A DNA stretch of 63,666 nt, counting the filler, from Reticulomyxa filosa (taxonomy: Eukaryota > Protista > Foraminifera): assembly GCA_000512085.1 (NCBI GenBank). It is 17 parts of 17 records of this genome, joined end to end, with 100 filler letters (N's around TTAATTAATTAA, not from the genome) between each part and the next. Parts side by side here need not be neighbours in the genome. Positions count along the whole stretch, not along the records: positions 12,220 to 26,004 come from ASPP01005740.1; positions 26,105 to 38,410 come from ASPP01005926.1; 15 more parts are not named here. The stretch is one strand, 5' to 3'. Shown piece by piece: positions 23,218 to 36,117 of the stretch. The position numbers and the translations under genes were made by a program. Below the pieces are notes generated by a model that was not told the origin of the DNA, searched no databases, and saw only the letters and a program-made list of their open reading frames with translations. How positions within the stretch are numbered: position 1 is the stretch's first letter; each line of letters begins with the position of its first letter.

Positions 23218-25955
23218 CTATTCTGTCGAAGGCAATGAAACGTCAGCACGAGAGGTTAGATTGTTGACGCTTTGACGAGCTTTAGTCGTTGATTCCTCAT
23301 TTGAGGTTTTGTGTTCCTCATTTGAAGTTTTGTGTTCCTCATTTAGAATTTTATGTTCCTCTGGCTTTTCCGTTTCCAGACCAGAAGTAGAATTGGGAAC
23401 GGGTTTAGAATTTAAAAAAGAGCTAACTTGCAAATTGGTGTGAACTTGTAAAGCATCTTTTTCGATATCAGCAAACCAAGGATGAGCCATTGCTTCATGT
23501 ACATCAATTCTGTGTTTCGGATCTTTGATTAGCATCTTTGTCAACAGATCTTTGGCCTGTTGTAATTGTATAAAAATGTGTGTTCACACACATATACATA
23601 CATAAAGCATGAAATTGTGTTATATCGTATTGTAATAATGTGTACCTTATCCGATACGTTCTCCCACTGAGGATGCGTAGTTAAGTCCAGTTGTTTGTTG
23701 AGCGTTCTTTGTTTGACTTCAAGAGGAGTCTTTCCATCGAAAGGCAAAACACCACGCAACAACAAATGCATGATGCATCCCAAGCTCCACACATCGACCT
23801 CGCGCCCAGATGGTTGTTCTTTCCACACTTCTGGTGGAACATACGCCACTGTACCTCCACGAATCGTCATTTCTGCTTCAGGTGCAGCAAACTTACTCAA
23901 TCCGAAATCGGAGATCACCAGCTGGGTATCGTCTACTGCGTGTGTGCATAATATCTATGCGTTTTTTTTTAATATTAATTTTATTAAAAAAAAACATTTA
24001 TAAATGAAAAGATTGTATTTTGTCGAAACATTTTCAGGCTTCAAGTCTCGATGCACAATGCCCAACCCATGCAAATATTGCAATGCGTCCAGCAACTTGT
24101 AAATAATGATTTTGGTGACTTGTTCTGGAAACACTTTTGGTTTTCCAGGTCTGCTGAACCACCGTTTAAACAAGTCTCCGTGTTCCACCAATGCCATAAT
24201 CATGTAAATCATTTTGCGGTCTTCGAACACATCCAACATATTAATTATGTAAGGATGCTTCACCAATTTCATTATCGCAATTTCATTTTGCAAGCACATT
24301 CTTTGGCTGGCATCGACTTTTTTTTTTTCCACCACTTTTATGGCGTACTTTTTGTTGGTTTTTTTATGAACCCCCAAATGGACCACACTAAAATGTCCTC
24401 TACCCAATACCTCACCAATGGTATAATAATCCTGTCACAATGCATTATATGTATAATATACATATTATTATAATTCTTCTTTTTTTTTTTTACTTAACAT
24501 CCAATGAACCCGTGGACGCAGCCCTACAGAATGCTTTGACCCATTCGTCCCTTTCTTCTTTGGTTCTGGCGTACTTTCGCAATGCGGCATTGTCTGAGTT
24601 ATTTTGAGGAGGATGGAGTTCAATTCCAAAGTACTGTTTTGACTTGTCTTTCGCATGCGCATAGTGATCATCAAAAGGTGCAATAAACCATCCGTGTATA
24701 AAAAAGGCATCGCACGCCACACGATCCTCTTGTCGTCTGCAATGTGACATCGTACAAGTGTTTGCATTATAATTTCTAACCTTTCAAAACTTTCAAAAAA
24801 AACAAACAAACATAACTTGAAAGTATACAAGTTCTTATCTTCCAAAACGTAGAACCGTTCAACCAACATGCCCGATTTGCGACCGATTTTGAATAAGGGC
24901 CCACATTTCCGAACAGATTGTTTATAGCAGCTTCGGGTAATTAAGCTATTTTTCCACGGCTCGTATGTTTCCGATTTCAGAGTTTGTTTTTCTAGTTCTT
25001 GTCCGCATTGCATACAGTACTTAATGGCAATATCTCGATTTGGGCCGTCTTTCTGAAGGATCAAGACGTCGGATACTGTGCTCGCGGCAGTAACATTTAT
25101 CGCACTTGCTATCGACGCGGCTTCGGCGTTTTTATGTTCGGCGGTGTTGTGATCCTGCGACTGGTGATCACTGTTGTGATGTTCAGGAGCGTCTGCTGAG
25201 ATGTGTGGATGGTTGTTTTCAGATTCCATGTGTGCAGATCCGGATCCAGACTGGCAGCCATTGGCAAGGGTGGAAGTACTATATTTGAATCCGCATCCAT
25301 TGCATGTATATACGGTGTAATATTCCTCATCCGCTTCGTGTTCGTGTTGTTCCAACAATCGTTCGTGCAAAGGGAGCAACGCCGTTGGAATATAGCTTTG
25401 TGAAGATGTGGCTTTTTCTATTTCAAAGAGTGTCACCAACAGAGAAGCATTTTAAAAACGAAAATCGTCATTTTTTTATTTTAAACTTAGTGAAAGTCTC
25501 CCTTGATGCTTAGTAAATCCATGATCAGTATGCGCAGATTGATAAAAGGGGACTGGGGATGTCGATGGTGCATCTGGACTGCTAGCATACGGACTTGCTG
25601 TAGCCATGTCCGGGGAAACGACTATGTGTGCATTCGACCCCACAGAGAGCGAATGAGCAGCGTGATGGGCCGAGTTTTCATTATGGGCGTATTCAGTGGC
25701 AGATTCGTTGGTATCGGCATCTTTTTCATCAACAGTGGCAGTGTCATCCAAAACATGCTTAGCAAATACGGTATTCAACACTTCCATCGCATCTGGATTG
25801 CGTGTTACCCATTCACAAAATTGAGCGCGGCTCAGCTTGTCCGTGTTCTCTTGATCCAAATGCAAGAATGCCTCGTCCACTAATTCATTTACGATTTTGC
25901 GCGTCCGCTCTGCCAACCGAAACATGTTTTCGCCATCATTCACGGGATCCAATGA
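23218..25955 (-). CDS. CDPK7-like Ser/Thr kinase: EF-hand + CxxC pair + PH + CAMK-type kinase domain (5' partial)
   Basis: EF-hand-like DQENTDKLSRAQF; CNGC and CMQC; PH (GPLFKIGRKSG...ERFYVLEDKNLYTF...ARTKEERDEWVKAF); kinase GRGHFSVV, AIK, HRDLKPEN, DFG, GTVAYVPPE, DVWSLG. Confidence 0.88.
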
Positions 25956-26004
25956 CTATGCGTGCGTATGTATAATGTATGCGTTGTTTTGATCTTTTTT
26001 TTTT

Positions 26005-26104
26005 NNNNNNNNNNNNNNNNNNNNNNNNNNNNNNNNNNNNNNNNNNNNTTAATTAATTAANNNNNNNNNNNNNNNNNNNNNNNNNNNNNNNNNNNNNNNN
26101 NNNN
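26005..26104. other. Artificial contig linker
   Basis: N44-TTAATTAATTAA-N44. Confidence 0.98.
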
Positions 26105-27110
26105 ATTTGATTCAACAGCATAAATCAGCGGCATTCCTGAATAATCATTGATTAAATCCCTTCTTTACAGAGCAATGGAACAGACATTGGTATTTGAAGG
26201 AGTGGATAATCCAAGACATACAACGCCACGATATTTCCTATCTAACCTGATGGATGCTCAATCATTTGAAAAGATTGTATTGCATTCATTGACATTTAGT
26301 GAACGCAAGATTATTTGTCAGCTGTATTTGGTGTGAAGAAGATGCTGTTGAGCACTTCTGATTGAGTGTTTGCGTTACAGTGAATTACGTCGCAATTGGT
26401 GGACAAATGTCCAAGAATTGCTTCCAGATATCAATGTATTGTCCCTGTCAATGAAACAATTCATTATTGAAGATCAATCGTGAAACCAGATGTCAGGATC
26501 AAAGTTGTAAAAGCATCCAAGTTCGTAGTCGATACCAATAGAAGGATTTGAATAAATGTCAAGTTTTTTCAAGTGAATCTCAATTTAAATTGAAATAACT
26601 CTATTGTTTTTCTTTTGATTATTTTTGCATTGACCTTTTTGGTCGTTTTAAGATTTTGTGTCTTTCTTTTATTTTTGTGTTTCTTTTTTGAGTACTGTGT
26701 TCTATTCCTTTGAACGATATGCTCTTTTAACTAGTTTGTGCATGTAGATAGGACAAAAGGCAGTACGAGTTGAAGATGAAGCGATAGTAGTCCAACATTT
26801 GACACGCCCCCCACTGCAACCCATCTAAAAAAAATATCATGACGATATGGAAAGTCAACAAACCATGTTGGAGTGACGTCTAAGCCTATTACGAAAGATA
26901 GTTCAGAAATCAAAGAATCGCTTTTGTAAACAATGGACACCAAATCAATTGCGAAGTAAATTTTTTTTTTTTGCAAGAATGCGATCTTATCCAACAGTTG
27001 TTAAAACAAATTTGGCTCTTCCCTGTGGAATGATCAGTGGAAATTACATTAGCAATGCTAATGCTCAACTGAATCATCTGAGCCTTGTTTTCGAATTGTT
27101 GAAGTATCAT
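26105..27110 (-). pseudogene. Possible decayed coding sequence, family not recognised
   Basis: Higher complexity and GC than the flanks, with protein-like stretches (FLDGLQWGACQMLDYYRF; CFYNFDPDIWF; DIWKQFLDICPP) broken by stops and frame changes. Confidence 0.25.
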
Positions 27111-28360
27111 TGAAATATTGGATTCAATTCACTTCTTTTTAACAAATTAAAGCAAACTAAAACAAAAAATAAAATTTAAAGTCATTTATTTCTTTGCTTT
27201 TCATCTTTAAGTTCTTGTCCTTTTGATTCATTCAATTTGTGTTGAACTAGAACTGCACTAAGTTTGTCATATATGCTTATTGTTCCAGCAATATTATCTT
27301 CTTCAACTTCAGAAAATACTCTTTTAATATCTTTTCTTTATAAGCCAATATATGATATTAGTCCATTATTTGTCAATGAATTTCCATATCTATATCCATA
27401 TCAATATAAATATTTGCTGTTTCTTTAGTATCTTCGTTTTATTACTAATCAAGCTATTCCAAGTTTAATCAATAAATTTGTATTTAGCAGTCAACTCAAA
27501 GTTATTCATGTTGTTGTCTTTGTATATGTTGCTTTCAATCTGGTTCTTGCGACAAATGACTACATTGTGTTTCTCGAACTTTCTTGGATTTTCTGTTTTT
27601 CTAGATATCTTGAAATTTCTTAAAATCTAAATCTTTAATTCAAAATCTCTTTCAAAAACACTAAGATGACGAATTATCTTGATACTTCAAACACTTTCCC
27701 CTTCAAAATACCACTTTTTTAATATTAATAACGAATGTTGTTAAAACGAACTTTTTTTTTAATTTCCTTTTTTTTCTATCAAATCAGGCAAATATGACTT
27801 TGTTTATAATGCAAATTTTGTTAGTATTTGGCACTTGTAATAAAATCAGTTTATATGAATAGTACTGATCATATATCAGAATGCGTATAAGAGTGTTTAT
27901 GTTGATATACTCACTCGACATATTCTAATCTCAATTTACGTCAGCATTAATTTGTATTACAATTATTTAATTTGCTGAAATGATAATTTCATCATGTTCA
28001 GTTTTATTATTTTATGTTTAGAGAAAATTATTTCCATTGTTTTTATTCTTTCGTTTGTTGTTCTCTGTCCTTGTTTCGGGGACACTGTTATTTACTTCAA
28101 GTTTATCATATCCCTGTTAACAGCACCTGTATACGAATTCTGCTTCAGTCGATGTTGCGCCTTGTATTAATTAAATGCTGGTGAATATTCTCTCAAACAA
28201 TACAATAGCGAGTAATCTTATCTAAAAAAACGGATAAGAAAATATTTCTGTTTTAAACAAAAATAATGTGTTATAAACAAAGTTGCAGTAAATTAGGTGA
28301 GAAGCAAATAAAAAGTACAAAAAGTTCATTGTGGGAGATTTTGAAATTACGTGTGCAGAA

Positions 28361-30462
28361 ATGCCAAGTTCCAGGATATACCGTTTGTATGTGGGGAACA
28401 TAAATCATCGAGTTCGACCAAGAGACGTTGAAAAACTGTTCGCAGGATATGGTTCGTTACCTCGACCGACTGGGTTCATACAAAAAAAAGTGACAAAGAA
28501 GATAATACGTTAAAACTAATACCATAACATTGACAAACAGGGAATTTAATGGATTTTGATTTCAAAGACAGAGGACAAGTTGAGTCCTTTCTCTTGCTAC
28601 AAAAATATTTTTTTATCTCTTGTGCGCTAATGAGTGAGTTTGTTTTTATGACAATTGTGCAAAACAATCTAGCAAGTGAATTTTTGCTTTGTTGAGTACA
28701 AACATTCTCGTGATGCCGAATCGGCAATTGAAAAACTAGCCGGGCGTCGTTTGCTCGGCGCTCCATTGATTGTCGAACCAGCCCGAGACCGTCACCCTCT
28801 CTTAAAAACACGCAGGTGTGTGATAACACAGGAACTAAAAGAGAGACCCCCCACCACAAGAGAAAAAATCCCCAAGAGGAATATGAGCGCTTTTTCGCAA
28901 TTTATTGGCAAAAAGAGAAGGACAGTGAAGTGTTTATCTCTTTTTAAAAAATTATGTCTTTTGTTGTGTCGAATCGGAAAAAATAGACGACGAGAAAAAA
29001 GACATTACCACAGTGACAAAAGCGAGAGCAGTCGATCCCGTAGTCACAGCGGAAGACACCGTCGAAGTCACTACAAGAGCAAAAGTCGAAGCAAAAGTGG
29101 ACACAAGAGCAGATCGCGCAGTCGAAGACATCACCACTCGTCACGGGACAGCAAAAGCGGCAAACATTCGAAACACTCTCATTCGGAACATAACAAAGAA
29201 AAAGCGGCGACAACAATAACGACAACAACAACGGACAATGGTGAAAGTCATAATGGAGACAGTGCAAACGACGCAAAGGCGAATAATCAGGCAACGAATG
29301 GAGAAAAAGCGAACTTGGACTTGGATAAAGAGGCAAGTGAATTGAACCATAACAAAGAATCAATAACGATGGATGCAAAGGACGAAAACGCAACTGGTCA
29401 AGAAAAAAAAATCGTGACAGGCATTCTTCCAATAGCTCCAGTAGACGATCTCATTCACGAGAAAAGAATCGCAACAAAAGCAAAGACAAAGATAAGAGCA
29501 AGGGTAAAAACACAGACAGAAACAAGGATAAACAAAGACATCGAAGCGACAGCAACGAAAGTGACGATGAGAGACGTACCCGAAGAACAAGCGAGAAGAA
29601 ACATACGGGTAGTCATCACGACAACAGTACTACTCACTCGCGTAGAGACAAACATCGCAGTCGGAGTAGCGATGATCGAAGTCCTTCTCGAAGCAATTCG
29701 AAATCTCCTGAAAAAATTAAAGGATCCGCTATTGACGGCATTGCAGGTGATATATTTTGTGCTTGTTTTGTTTGTTTTTGTTTTTGTTTTTTATTTTTAA
29801 TGTTGAATCCTGGGAAATTATCTCAAACCCACCCCTTTTTGCAAAGTGAGCAAAGCGCAAAAATGAAAGAGTGTTTACACCAAAGGGGCTAACAAAACAA
29901 AACAAAATTGTTGATCAAAAAAAAAAATGAAAAATAAAAAAATAAAAAAAAGCATAAATTTATGATGTGCGTCGTTCGCCGTGTTGACGGACGACACGTG
30001 AAATAAGACACAATTTCAGTGTGACGGTCAGTCGTGCGAGTGTTGTACGTCCACTAAAATAAAATTTGCAATCAACACAATTTGTGTGTTAAAAAGACGA
30101 ATCGCGAAAGATGACACACAAACGAAAATTTTTACGTGTGTCGACATTTTTTTTATAAAGTGTACGGAGGAAGAAGGAACAAGGCCAAAAAACAAACCAC
30201 TGCACAAATTTATCCTTTGTCCTTTTGTTAGTTTGTTTGCTTTATTTTTGTTAGCCAACAAGATATAAGAGGAAAAACCAAATCTGATTTTTTTTTTTTG
30301 GAGGAAATCATTTTCAGTTTGTATTGTTTTCATGAGCAAGGAGATGAAATAAAGAGATCGAAAATTGATTGTGTGGATTGCCCAAATATAGCGTTAACAA
30401 TCGATACAAAAGAGGCTGATGACAAAGAATCCATGGACGTGGATCGTACTAACGACTTGTAA
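28361..30462 (+). CDS. SR-type splicing factor (RRM + RS/low-complexity domain)
   Basis: RNP2 RLYVGNI, RNP1-like NFCFVEY, RDAESAI (SRSF4/5/6-like), RS dipeptide tracts. Frameshift in the A-run near 29405. Likely last exon ends MDVDRTNDL*. Confidence 0.85.
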
Positions 30463-30797
30463 GCAATGCAAGAGTACCCTCTGCTTGACTTTTCCTTATC
30501 CAAAGGCGTAATTGTTTGCTATGTTGGTTTTTTTGGTCTTAAGAAGAGGATAATTGTGACAAAAATTTGATGGTGATACAACCATTTCTTTTTTTCCAAA
30601 ATGTAATTGTCGTTTAAAAGATTTTTTACTCATTGCCTCACAAATATAAATGTTGCTCAATAATAACCAAATTACTCGTGCATTTTTTCCAAATATTAGA
30701 TGGGAAGGCTTGTTTATATCAACCTGGTAAATCATTAGTTTTTAAAATAAAGAAAAAAGAGGTTCTAGTTTTTTTTTTAAACTGGCAGTTCGTCTTC

Positions 30798-32421
30798 ATG
30801 GCTCGCTACGCGTTCAAGAAAATCCCAATTGTTGACATTGAACCACTTCTTTGTTATGTTTAGTTCCTATCATCTTGTCAATTTATTTTCCTTGGCTCTT
30901 TCAAAAATGTTTTCATTCAACACAACTAAAAAAGGGAGCAGACATCTCCAAAAAAGCGGTACAACAGTGTGTGACAGAACTCCATCGAAGCAGTCGAGAT
31001 GTTGGATTTGTATCCATAACAAGCCATAGAGTGTCGAAGGAGTTGCAAAAAGATGTGCTCTACAAGATATGTTAAACAAGATAGGCCTTAAAAAAAAGAA
31101 AATAAGTAGAGTTTTCTAAAAAAATTTACAGTCGTCAATTTTTTGCACTGCCGCTTGAAGAGAAAATGGAAATTCACATAGCTAAGTACAAAGATGGCAA
31201 ACGGGGATATCAAAGACTGGGTCAAAATGTGACGCAAGTTCAGTCGATACTTTTGTGTTAATGTGCAAAGGACGGAAAAAAACCACTTTGCACAACCAAT
31301 CAAAAAAAGAAAAAAAAGGATATCCATGAAGGATTTGATTTATTACGTCCGACCAACGATCCAAAGCATTGGCCTTTAAATACTCCAAATCTATGGCCAA
31401 CGGTATTGTGAGAGTGTTAAAACAATGGCAACAAATATATAAATAATGTGTACATAAATGTTGTTATTTGCACATATTTACAAACAAATTAACTTAAAAC
31501 AAAAAGAATCCGGCGGACTACAAAGAAGTGATGGAAGAATACGTGAAGACGATGTCCCAATTGGGGCATTTATTGATGCGAGGAATGGCATTGGGACTGC
31601 GTTTATCGCCCGACTTTTTCAATTCTTTTATGAACGAGTCCTTTTGGATTATGCGTTCCATTCATTATCCGGTTGGTTTGAATCAAAACCTAAACAGTAA
31701 TCATTCCACACAACCATCACAACCTTCAAGTGTTGACAACGATTATCCTTGGGGAATTGGCTGTGGTGAACATAGAGACTATGGTTGGATATATACATAT
31801 ATGTGTATACGTTATATAACATATGCATGTTGTATGGAGGGGATACGTTTTGTACATGCGCACTGCGTATGGTAAGTGGTGTTTGTTTGATTATTGCAAT
31901 AACAAAGGCTGTCTGACAATGATCATTCAGGATGAAGTGTATGGAAATGAGTGTTTGCAATTAAGAAATCGTAACAATGAATGGATAACGGCTAACACGA
32001 ATGACGAGCGGGGCCAACAATGTCTGGTGATTAATATTGGAGATATGCTGCATTATTGGTCTCATGGTTTCTATCAATCCACACCTCATAGAGTTTTGAA
32101 TCCAAAACCTGTTCCCACGTTTTCGCTCTCGGATAAACTCTATCACAACACTGGCCGCGTCAGCGTGCCCTTCTTTTTTGAACCCAATTGGGATGCTCTT
32201 GTTCAACCCATTGATTTCTCTTCTCAACAACACGCTGACCCATACACTCTCAAATTCTTACCTTGGGACGATATTGACACTCAGTTCATCGGACGCACTC
32301 ATCCTTTCCAAACCAACGCCAAATCCTTTGATGTTATTGGCTCGTACGATTATTTCGATGGACGACCGGTCCTCTTTGGGGATCATTTGAAAAAAAACTT
32401 TTGGCCAATTTCTTGTATTAA
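30798..32421 (+). CDS. 2-oxoglutarate/Fe(II)-dependent dioxygenase (IPNS/DIOX family)
   Basis: IPIVDIEPL, ASRDVGF-type motif (SSRDVGFVSITSH), GCGEHRDYG (HxD), INIGDML, STPHRV (distal His), RVSVPFF (RxS). Confidence 0.92.
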
Positions 32422-32774
32422 TTGTCCGTTGTCTCCCTTTCTTCTCTTTTTTTTGAATTGTTTATTGTTTATGTCATTTTTTATCTACATTTTTGCGGAA
32501 GCTCGATACAAGTCAACAAAAATTTTGTAAACGTCTGCATAGCGAGAATGAAAGGGGGTTTGTGGTGTTGTAAAAGTTGAAAAAAGCCAAGTGCGATGCT
32601 AATGTTTAAAACAAACTAAAATGTAATCCATTTAAAAAATTTTTTATGAAATTTCTTGCACCTGTCGTGCCACACTCGCGAACGAAGAGAAGGTTCTGTT
32701 TCTGTCTGTTGACGCAAAAAATTCTTAACATTATTGTCATTTATTTGGTTTTAGGGAAGTTTAATAATTGTGAA

Positions 32775-35700
32775 ATGACGGCCAACAAGCTAAATCTTAT
32801 CCTGCTTGCATGTTGTTGTTTTGTAATAACTACGTATTGCAAAGACGGACAGTCCTCGACGGAAATATCCAACCTAGTAGAGATTTGGGAATTATTGACT
32901 GATCAGACAAAAAAACTGTTAACCGAAAATGAGAAAATAGTCCAAGAATGGTCTCCCTACCACAACAAGCTTTCACAGAGTAACGATTTATTGCCTCCAG
33001 AGCAAGCAGCAATTCAGAGAAGATGGTACGAGTGGAATACCGCGATTACTTTGGCCGGTCAGTAATGTGTCTAACCACCTACGACAAATTGCATAGCACC
33101 CTTCAAAAAAACATTGTATATTTCCATTCGTCCATTTTTGACAACAATAGTAACTACAGACCAAATAACAATAATGATAAACCAACAATTAATGCACATC
33201 ACAAACGACTAAACAAAAAAAGGAAATATTGACAGTGCTCGGTTATTGTTGGCATTCGGACTGGCTCCATTGTTGGAGTCAACAAGCAATAATATGAATG
33301 AACTCCATAAGGCAGTTATTGCAAATGACGAAAACCGAGTTCAAGAGATTATATCCAATTCAAATACAATCGACTTAATTGAAAGTGAAACGAGCCATGG
33401 TATTTTGATTTTTTTAGTTGTTTGTCTTCCTCCGTTTCCTTTTAAGTACTTTCTAACGTATACACATATATATTTGGAAAATGGGAGGACCAAAGGTATG
33501 ACTCCATTGTTATTAGCAACAATAATGGGCCATGTAAAAATGGTGGAGATACTATTAAACGAGAAGGCGGTAGTGGTGAGTACGGATAGAAACGTTCCGA
33601 TGAGTAGTATACATTATGCTGCCGCATTGAATCATACTGAAATCATGAAACTATTGATTCGTCATGTCCCACACCCTTCTTTGCTCAATGTCGCCAGCAA
33701 CACCTATGCTGTCCCTGCCATTCATTTTTCTTGCGAGCTTGGAAATCAAGGTTCTATTTTTGTTTGTTTCAGTCATGATCCCCTCTCCTCTTTGTTACGT
33801 GTACGTGCATAGAGATCATTCGAATTCTTTGTGAAAATGGTGCCGACATCAATACGGCCAAAAGCAATGGAGGCACTTGCCTGCACACATTGGTGGAATC
33901 AAAACAATGCGATTGCATCCCAACGGTTATCCAACACTGTCCCAATGTTAACATTAATGCTTTATTGAATGATGATACCACACCTTTGTATTTGGCGGCT
34001 CAGTACGGAAGCGTCAAATGCGTTAACTTGCTGTTACAATCGGGAAAAGATATTGTCATTAATTATGTCATGCCTAATGTTCCAAGTCGAGACATTATGA
34101 CTCAGACTCACGCTAATGCTTTTCATTCCAGTCCTATAGGTTTGCTTTTTGTTTGTTTTTTTAACTGGTGTTTATTCCAATAAAGATCTATCGAACTCAT
34201 TCCTTGTACAATTATGTGTGTGTCTGCATGCGTGAATACACGTATTTTTTGTGGATAGATGAAGAATATGGATTTTCCTATGGTCTGTCAATACGCAAAT
34301 TGGCAATGGAGCAACTCCGTTGCATGCGGCTGTGGAAAATGGACATTTGAAAGTTGTCAAATTGCTATTGGACTATGGTGCTGCACAGTTACCTTCAATG
34401 CAAGGTGATACACGCCACAACTAAACTAATAAATAAAATAAATACAGCGAGTTGACCACGTTACCAAAAAACTCCTTTTTTTATTTGTTGAACAGGCGCA
34501 AATCCAATTTACAGTGCGATACAATATAATCATCCAGCAATACTAAAATTATTACTTCAATATGACCACAGCCCCAAAAACGTGAATAGTCAAATGCCGG
34601 GAACGGGATTCAGGTTTAAAAAAGATATATATCTATTTATATGTTTGCATATTTTTGAGGTACTCTTCTCTCGCTTTTGTTTATACATTCCCATATAATG
34701 CGACACTCTTTTCTAATATCGTTTGTGCAAGAATGTTTTTAACACACTAGAAGGAGACAAAAAAAAACAAAGAAACAAATAAATAATCCTAAAAAAGCGC
34801 GCTGCATTATATATCTGCTTCGGGTCGGTTTGACATGGCCAAAATACTAATCGAAAACAGTGAAGGAAATGTTAATGTTAGTGTGCGTACATACACCAAT
34901 GGAAATGTTACGCCTTTGTATTTGGCGTGTTCACGACGACATTCCAAAATTGTGAGTTATTTGCTGTCCTCTCGTTGGACACGTGATATTATTGATGTAT
35001 TTGCACGAAATGTTGAAGATCAATCATTGAGTATACATGTAGCTGCACATTACGGATGCTATTCCTGTGTTGATTCTCTATTAGATTTTGACCCATCCTT
35101 GGCATTGTTACAAGGACCCGATCAGCAAAATGTGTTGCATTTCTTGCTACAACGACGTCCACAGTCATTATCAAGTACGCAGCGATTGCAATTGTATGAA
35201 TTAATTAAAAGGGTACTTCGAATTGCACCAGAATTGAGATATTCAAAAATAAAGTCTACACAGGTTAATACTATAACCATTGCCGCTCAAACAGGGGACG
35301 TGGAGCTGTTGCGTATACTTTTATCCTTCAATCGTACCGAGGATTCATCTTATCCACTTTTAAAATGGATTAACGAAAGAGCAAACGCAAAAGTCTTTGG
35401 AGTGACACCGCTGTTGATGGCTGCTCAAAATGGATTTGAGGATGTTGTGCAGTTTTTACTGGAAAATGGGGCAGATCCAAATCTGCCTTTGACCGAATAT
35501 GACACAACACCACTTTTTGTTGCAAGCGAAAGGGGTTGGATCAAAGTAGTTCAAGTATTGATGGAATTCAACTTTTCAAAACATGACAGTCAATACAGTG
35601 ATATTGATGTGCAAAAATCAAGCAAAGAAGGGTTGACTGCTGTTCACATTGCTTGTCACCAAGGACACGTGGATATTGTCAAATTCTTTTTCAAGAAAGG

Positions 35701-35893
35701 AATAACGATTGCTGTACAATATAATGCCAAAGGTGAGGTAAGACATTTGAGTGACAATGACATTGACTCTTTTTGCTCGCATTTGTCAACAAAAAAAAAA
35801 AAGAAAAGTAAATTGAACATTTTATTTCGGAATATTCTTTTTAAAAGAAGAAAAAATTTTAATGTTCCAAGTCACATTACTACAAAATGGTGA
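32775..35893 (+). CDS. Ankyrin-repeat protein with predicted N-terminal signal peptide
   Basis: More than 10 TPLH-type repeats (GMTPLLLA, TTPLYLAA, ATPLHAAV, VTPLYLAC, VTPLLMAAQNG, TTPLFVAS). N-terminus MTANKLNLILLACCCFVITTYC. 3' end uncertain. Confidence 0.9.
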
Positions 35894-36117
35894 CAAGAGC
35901 TCACTTTTTTCCGAGCAAGTATTCTTGATTAATAAAAAAAGTCTATTTCATGAGATAAGTCCATGAAATATTTGCGAAAGCAAAAGAGCCTACAAATAGC
36001 GTTATTTTTTTATGCAAAATCCAGTTTGCACCATTAATATTTTTTATAGAGATGAATTTTTTCCTCCCATCAAACGTAAAAAAAAGAACCCCTTTTCATG
36101 AACTATATCTTTTTCGT

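Noticed and set aside
23296-23360. 21-nt tandem repeat (NEEHKTS) and 9-nt DGV repeat at 9152-9187
   Set aside because: Ordinary low-copy coding repeats in disordered tails.
29420-29800. C-terminal IVTGILPIAP... extension of the 374-aa ORF
   Set aside because: Wrong frame after the A-run frameshift; the RS-rich frame is the plausible one.
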